DNA of 61,337 nucleotides, taken from Bdellovibrionales bacterium. Lineage in GTDB: Bacteria; Bdellovibrionota; Bdellovibrionia; Bdellovibrionales; JAGQZY01. Each line of letters opens with the position of its first letter. The first letter of the stretch is position 1. Below are positions 57,661 through 61,337 of this stretch, piece after piece. Location: contig JANPLN010000040.1 in assembly GCA_031426555.1 (NCBI GenBank), forward strand, positions 1-61,337, given 5' to 3'. Under the pieces are notes generated by a model. That model did no database searches. It was given only the letters and a program-made list of their open reading frames with translations, and was not told where the DNA came from. Both the position numbers and the translations under genes were made by a program.

Positions 57661-57877
57661 GCGGGATTTGTAGCACGGAACCGAAAATTTCTGTGGATTC
57701 CCATGGCGCATTGTAGAAATTACATTGGTTCGAACTGCCGGAATTTTAACTCCAGCCGTATGATTCTCCCCCCGGATAGCCAACGCAGAGCAAAGTACTA
57801 AAGTTTTGCAAGTATTTGAAATTGATTATTTTTATGGATGGTATAAGGATAATCCCTCAACAGAAAACGGGGGATTT

Positions 57878-59695
57878 ATGCTACAAAAATGGCTTTTGCT
57901 TGGAATATTAGCAACTATGGGGATTCAGTGTTCGTCCACCCCCAAAGACACGGTGGCAGAGACCCAGCGCTTTAATGAGTTTTTAGATAAAACCTTCGAT
58001 GAGTTTTTGAGTTTGCACCCCGAAAGCATGTCTCGCTTTGGCAAAAAAGAAAGCTACGACAAATTAAACGATTACAGCGAAGCCATGGAGCTCAAGCTGA
58101 ATGCCATGAACCAGCAAAAGTTAAAAGAGCTCGAGGGTTTCCATCGCGCGAGTTTAGATGTTCAGGCGAAATTGAGCTATGATTTATTCAAAACGGATCT
58201 CGAGCGCGGCCTCCAGGACTTCCGCTGGAAGGATTACAATTATGCCGTTCACCAACAGGGTGGCGTGCACACCGATCTGCCAACCTTTATGATCAACATC
58301 CACAAGGTGGATAATGAAAAAGACCTGCAGGACTATATTGCGCGTTTGGAGCAGTTCCCCCGGGTTTTTTCCGAGGTTGAAGCGCAAATTCGTCGATCGC
58401 AAAAGCAGGGAGTGATTCCACCCAAGTTTGCCTTTGCATCGATTTATAAATCCACCGCAAATATCCTCAAAGGAGCGCCTTTTGCCAAATCCAATGCAGA
58501 CTCGCCGCTATGGGCTGACATCAAGAAAAAAACGCGCGAAATTAAACTGAAGCCAGAGCAACAAAAATTGTATCTCGCACAAGCGCAAAAAGTTTTAACA
58601 GACACGGTGAAGCCGGCTTACGAGGCGCTGCTTAAGGTTGTTCAGGAGTTGGAGACCCACGCAACCGTCGATGACGGGGCTTGGAAGTTTCCGAATGGCG
58701 CCGATTTTTACAATTCGCGTCTTGCGCGCTACACAACAACAAAAATGACGGCCGATGAAATTCACCAGCTGGGTCTGAAGAACGTGGCTCGGTTGCGAGC
58801 CGACATGGAAAAAATCCAACAGAAATTGGGAGTCAAAGGCTCCTTGCAGGATTTTTTTAAAAGCGTGCGCGCGGATAACAATCAGTACTATCCAGCCACG
58901 CCCGCAGGGCGTTCTTCCTATCTGAAACAAGCCGAAAAATATCTGGCGAACATTCAAGCAAAAGTTCCAAGCTACTTTCGTTTGATTCCAAAAACTCCCA
59001 TGGTGGTGAAGTCCGTAGAAAAATATCGCGAAGAGGGCGCGGGGAAAGCCTTTTACGAAGAACCTTCCGATGATGGGTCACGCCCCGGGATGTACTATGT
59101 GAATTTACGCGATTTAAAAGACGTGCCGAAGTTTGAGGCCGAAGCTCTTTTGTATCACGAGGGAATTCCCGGTCACCATTTTCAAATTGCTTTGGGCATC
59201 GAACTTAAAAGTTTGCCCAAGTACCGACGCTACAAAGGCTACACCGCTTTTGTAGAGGGTTGGGCGTTGTATACGGAACGTCTTGGTAAAGAGATGGGCG
59301 GTTATCAAGATGACTACGCAGAGCTTGGTCGCCTGTCCATGGAGATGGTGCGCGCCTGTCGTCTGGTAGTCGACACTGGGGTGCATTCTAAAAAGTGGAC
59401 GCGGGAGCAAGCTATTGCTTACATGAACGAGAACTTACCAGTGAATCCCGGCATGCAAATCGAGCAGGTGGAGCGCTATATTATTTGGCCAGGCCAGGCC
59501 ACCGCCTACATGGTGGGAATGTTAAAAATTGTGGAACTGCGAGAGAAGGCGCAAAAAGCCTTGGGCGAAAAATTTGATATTCGTGATTTTCACGACGTGG
59601 TTTTAGGAAACGGCGCTGTTTCCCTCGACGTTCTCGGGGCCCTTGTCGATACGTATATTACCGACAAGTCCGTCGCGAATAAAAAGGTTTTATAA
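57878..59695 (+). CDS. DUF885 family lipoprotein (putative metallopeptidase)
   Basis: Cys after signal peptide, HEGIPGHH, EGWALY, RLVVDTG.H, PGQATAY. Confidence 0.92.
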   Translation: MLQKWLLLGILATMGIQCSSTPKDTVAETQRFNEFLDKTFDEFLSLHPESMSRFGKKESYDKLNDYSEAMELKLNAMNQQKLKELEGFHRASLDVQAKLSYDLFKTDLERGLQDFRWKDYNYAVHQQGGVHTDLPTFMINIHKVDNEKDLQDYIARLEQFPRVFSEVEAQIRRSQKQGVIPPKFAFASIYKSTANILKGAPFAKSNADSPLWADIKKKTREIKLKPEQQKLYLAQAQKVLTDTVKPAYEALLKVVQELETHATVDDGAWKFPNGADFYNSRLARYTTTKMTADEIHQLGLKNVARLRADMEKIQQKLGVKGSLQDFFKSVRADNNQYYPATPAGRSSYLKQAEKYLANIQAKVPSYFRLIPKTPMVVKSVEKYREEGAGKAFYEEPSDDGSRPGMYYVNLRDLKDVPKFEAEALLYHEGIPGHHFQIALGIELKSLPKYRRYKGYTAFVEGWALYTERLGKEMGGYQDDYAELGRLSMEMVRACRLVVDTGVHSKKWTREQAIAYMNENLPVNPGMQIEQVERYIIWPGQATAYMVGMLKIVELREKAQKALGEKFDIRDFHDVVLGNGAVSLDVLGALVDTYITDKSVANKKVL

Positions 59696-59697
59696 TT

Positions 59698-61337
59698 ATG
59701 AAAAAATTAGTTTTTTTATTAGCCCTGGTTATTACGGGGTGTTCTTCCTGGACGTTGCAAAACGAAAACCACCGCTTTAACGATTTTTTGGATGCTGAGT
59801 TTGAAAAGGCCCTGGAGAATTCTCCGGAGTCTTACACCTATTTGGGGATCAAAAAAAAGTATGATCAGCTGAACAATAACACCGAAGAGTTCGCACTGAA
59901 AATGCAGGAGGAGCGAAAGCGTGTTCTTGCGAGTCTTTCGCAATTTGATGTGGCACATTTCAATACCGACACGCAATTGAGTTATCGTCTGGCTAAAAAA
60001 GCGTTGGAGGAGCAGATTGCCGATTTTGAATGGCGCACGCATGGCTATGTAGCCACGCAATTTTTTGGCTTTCACAGCGACCTTCCAGCTTTTATGATGA
60101 ATCTGCATCAAGTCGAGAACGAGGCGGACCTCGAAGCCTATCTTTCTCGCTTCAAAGAACTCAAGCGGGTGGTGAAGGAACAGATCGTAAATATTCAGTT
60201 GCAGGAAAAACAAGGAATTTTACCGCCTAAATTTGTGTACCCCTATGTGCTAGAGGCCGCGAAAAACATTCTGAAAGGCGCACCATTTGACAAAAACCAA
60301 ACGGCGTCGCCGCTGTATGCGGACTTCGTACGAAAAGCCCAGGCCTTAAAACTCTCCAAAAGCACCTACGAAAAATACGATAGCGAGGCTCAGGACGCTC
60401 TCATAAAACAAGTTCGACCGGCGTATCTTGATTTTATTTCGTTTTTTGAAAAACAGCAAAAGCGCGCTAAAACCAATCACGGCGTGTGGAAGCTCCCGCG
60501 CGGTAATGATTACTACAAAACCCTTGTACAGCGACACACAACCACGCAATTGACGCCGGCGGAAATACATCGGCTGGGTTTAGAGAATGTGGATCGGCTG
60601 CAAAACGAAATGCGAGTGATTTTAAAAGAGCTTAGTTATAAAGGGTCCTTGCAAAGTTTTTTTGCAAAACTACGCACCGACGATCAGTACTACTTTGCAA
60701 ATACTCCGCATGGTGGCGAAGAGTATCTGGCGCTTTCGCGAAAGTACTACGCCGACATTCAGCCGAAGATCCCAGAGTACTTTCGCTTGATTCCAAAAGC
60801 CGGCTTTGAAATTCGAGCGGTGGAAAAATTTCGTGAGTCTTCGGCCGGGATTGCTTTTTACGAGCATCCTTCAGAGGACGGCAAACGCCCCGGGGTTTAT
60901 TATGTGAACCTTCGCAATATGCGCGATTTGCCAAAGCACGAAGCGCAGGTGATTTTGTACCACGAAGGAGCCCCAGGGCATCACTTCCAGATCGCTTTAG
61001 CTCAGGAACAAAAGGATCTGCCGAAGGCCCGCCGCTTTAACAATTACACGGCCTATGCAGAAGGTTGGGGACTCTACACCGAGCGCCTCACGGGAGAGAT
61101 GGGGTTGTTTCAAGATCCACTTTCGCGCTTTGGAAAACTATCGCTTGAGATGCTGCGCGCCTCGCGCTTGGTGTTGGACACCGGCATCCATTACAAAAAA
61201 TGGTCGCGCGAAACCGCCATCGAATATATGCGAAAAAATGTTCCGGGACCCACTGAGGATCAGAAAAACGAAATTGAAAGATATTTTGTTTATCCGGGAC
61301 AAGCTACAGCCTACATGGTGGGAATGTTAAAAATTGT
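59698..61337 (+). CDS. Second DUF885 family lipoprotein, truncated by the window end (absent from the ORF track)
   Basis: MKKLVFLLALVITGC lipobox; HEGAPGHH, EGWGLY, PGQATAY near the window edge. Confidence 0.9.
   Translation, partial: MKKLVFLLALVITGCSSWTLQNENHRFNDFLDAEFEKALENSPESYTYLGIKKKYDQLNNNTEEFALKMQEERKRVLASLSQFDVAHFNTDTQLSYRLAKKALEEQIADFEWRTHGYVATQFFGFHSDLPAFMMNLHQVENEADLEAYLSRFKELKRVVKEQIVNIQLQEKQGILPPKFVYPYVLEAAKNILKGAPFDKNQTASPLYADFVRKAQALKLSKSTYEKYDSEAQDALIKQVRPAYLDFISFFEKQQKRAKTNHGVWKLPRGNDYYKTLVQRHTTTQLTPAEIHRLGLENVDRLQNEMRVILKELSYKGSLQSFFAKLRTDDQYYFANTPHGGEEYLALSRKYYADIQPKIPEYFRLIPKAGFEIRAVEKFRESSAGIAFYEHPSEDGKRPGVYYVNLRNMRDLPKHEAQVILYHEGAPGHHFQIALAQEQKDLPKARRFNNYTAYAEGWGLYTERLTGEMGLFQDPLSRFGKLSLEMLRASRLVLDTGIHYKKWSRETAIEYMRKNVPGPTEDQKNEIERYFVYPGQATAYMVGMLKI

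Noticed and set aside
59719..61330. Several short ORFs listed in the track
   Set aside because: Shadows of the second DUF885 gene, which starts at 59698 and reaches the window end

Overview
Chromosomal window of a bacterium whose gene content points to Bdellovibrionota (inferred from the FQNC-type secreted protein, stand-alone LuxR HTH, hybrid MaeB, DUF222-like HNH protein and many orphan secreted proteins). Core genes: def-fmt-rpe-hutH-hutU, lpxD, tex, topA, an S41 C-terminal protease, 2-oxoacid dehydrogenase E1 alpha/beta, a peptidoglycan-recycling trio (LD-carboxypeptidase, serine hydrolase, mpl), mutS, glnD-like, a LytS/LytTR pair, hflX, maeB, an RhlE-like helicase and two tandem DUF885 genes. 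Orphan secreted-protein genes are interspersed, several behind sigma54- or FliA-like promoters. I recognised no rRNA, tRNA, CRISPR-Cas or transposase genes. Two things stand out. (1) At 39.3-41.4 kb a DUF222-like/HNH nuclease gene is bracketed exactly at its stop codon and RBS by inverted copies of a short palindrome (consensus CAC[A/T]TCCG-N3-CGGA[A/T]GTG). Its 1.2 kb upstream region holds four more copies, a 7x18-bp tandem array and a 30-bp stem whose only non-Watson-Crick pairs are G-U. This is a candidate nuclease + repeat + structured RNA element. (2) At 27.9-28.7 kb a CphA-like (subclass B2 scaffold) metallo-beta-lactamase carries His116 instead of the B2-defining Asn116. All calls are from reading the sequence; no searches were run.
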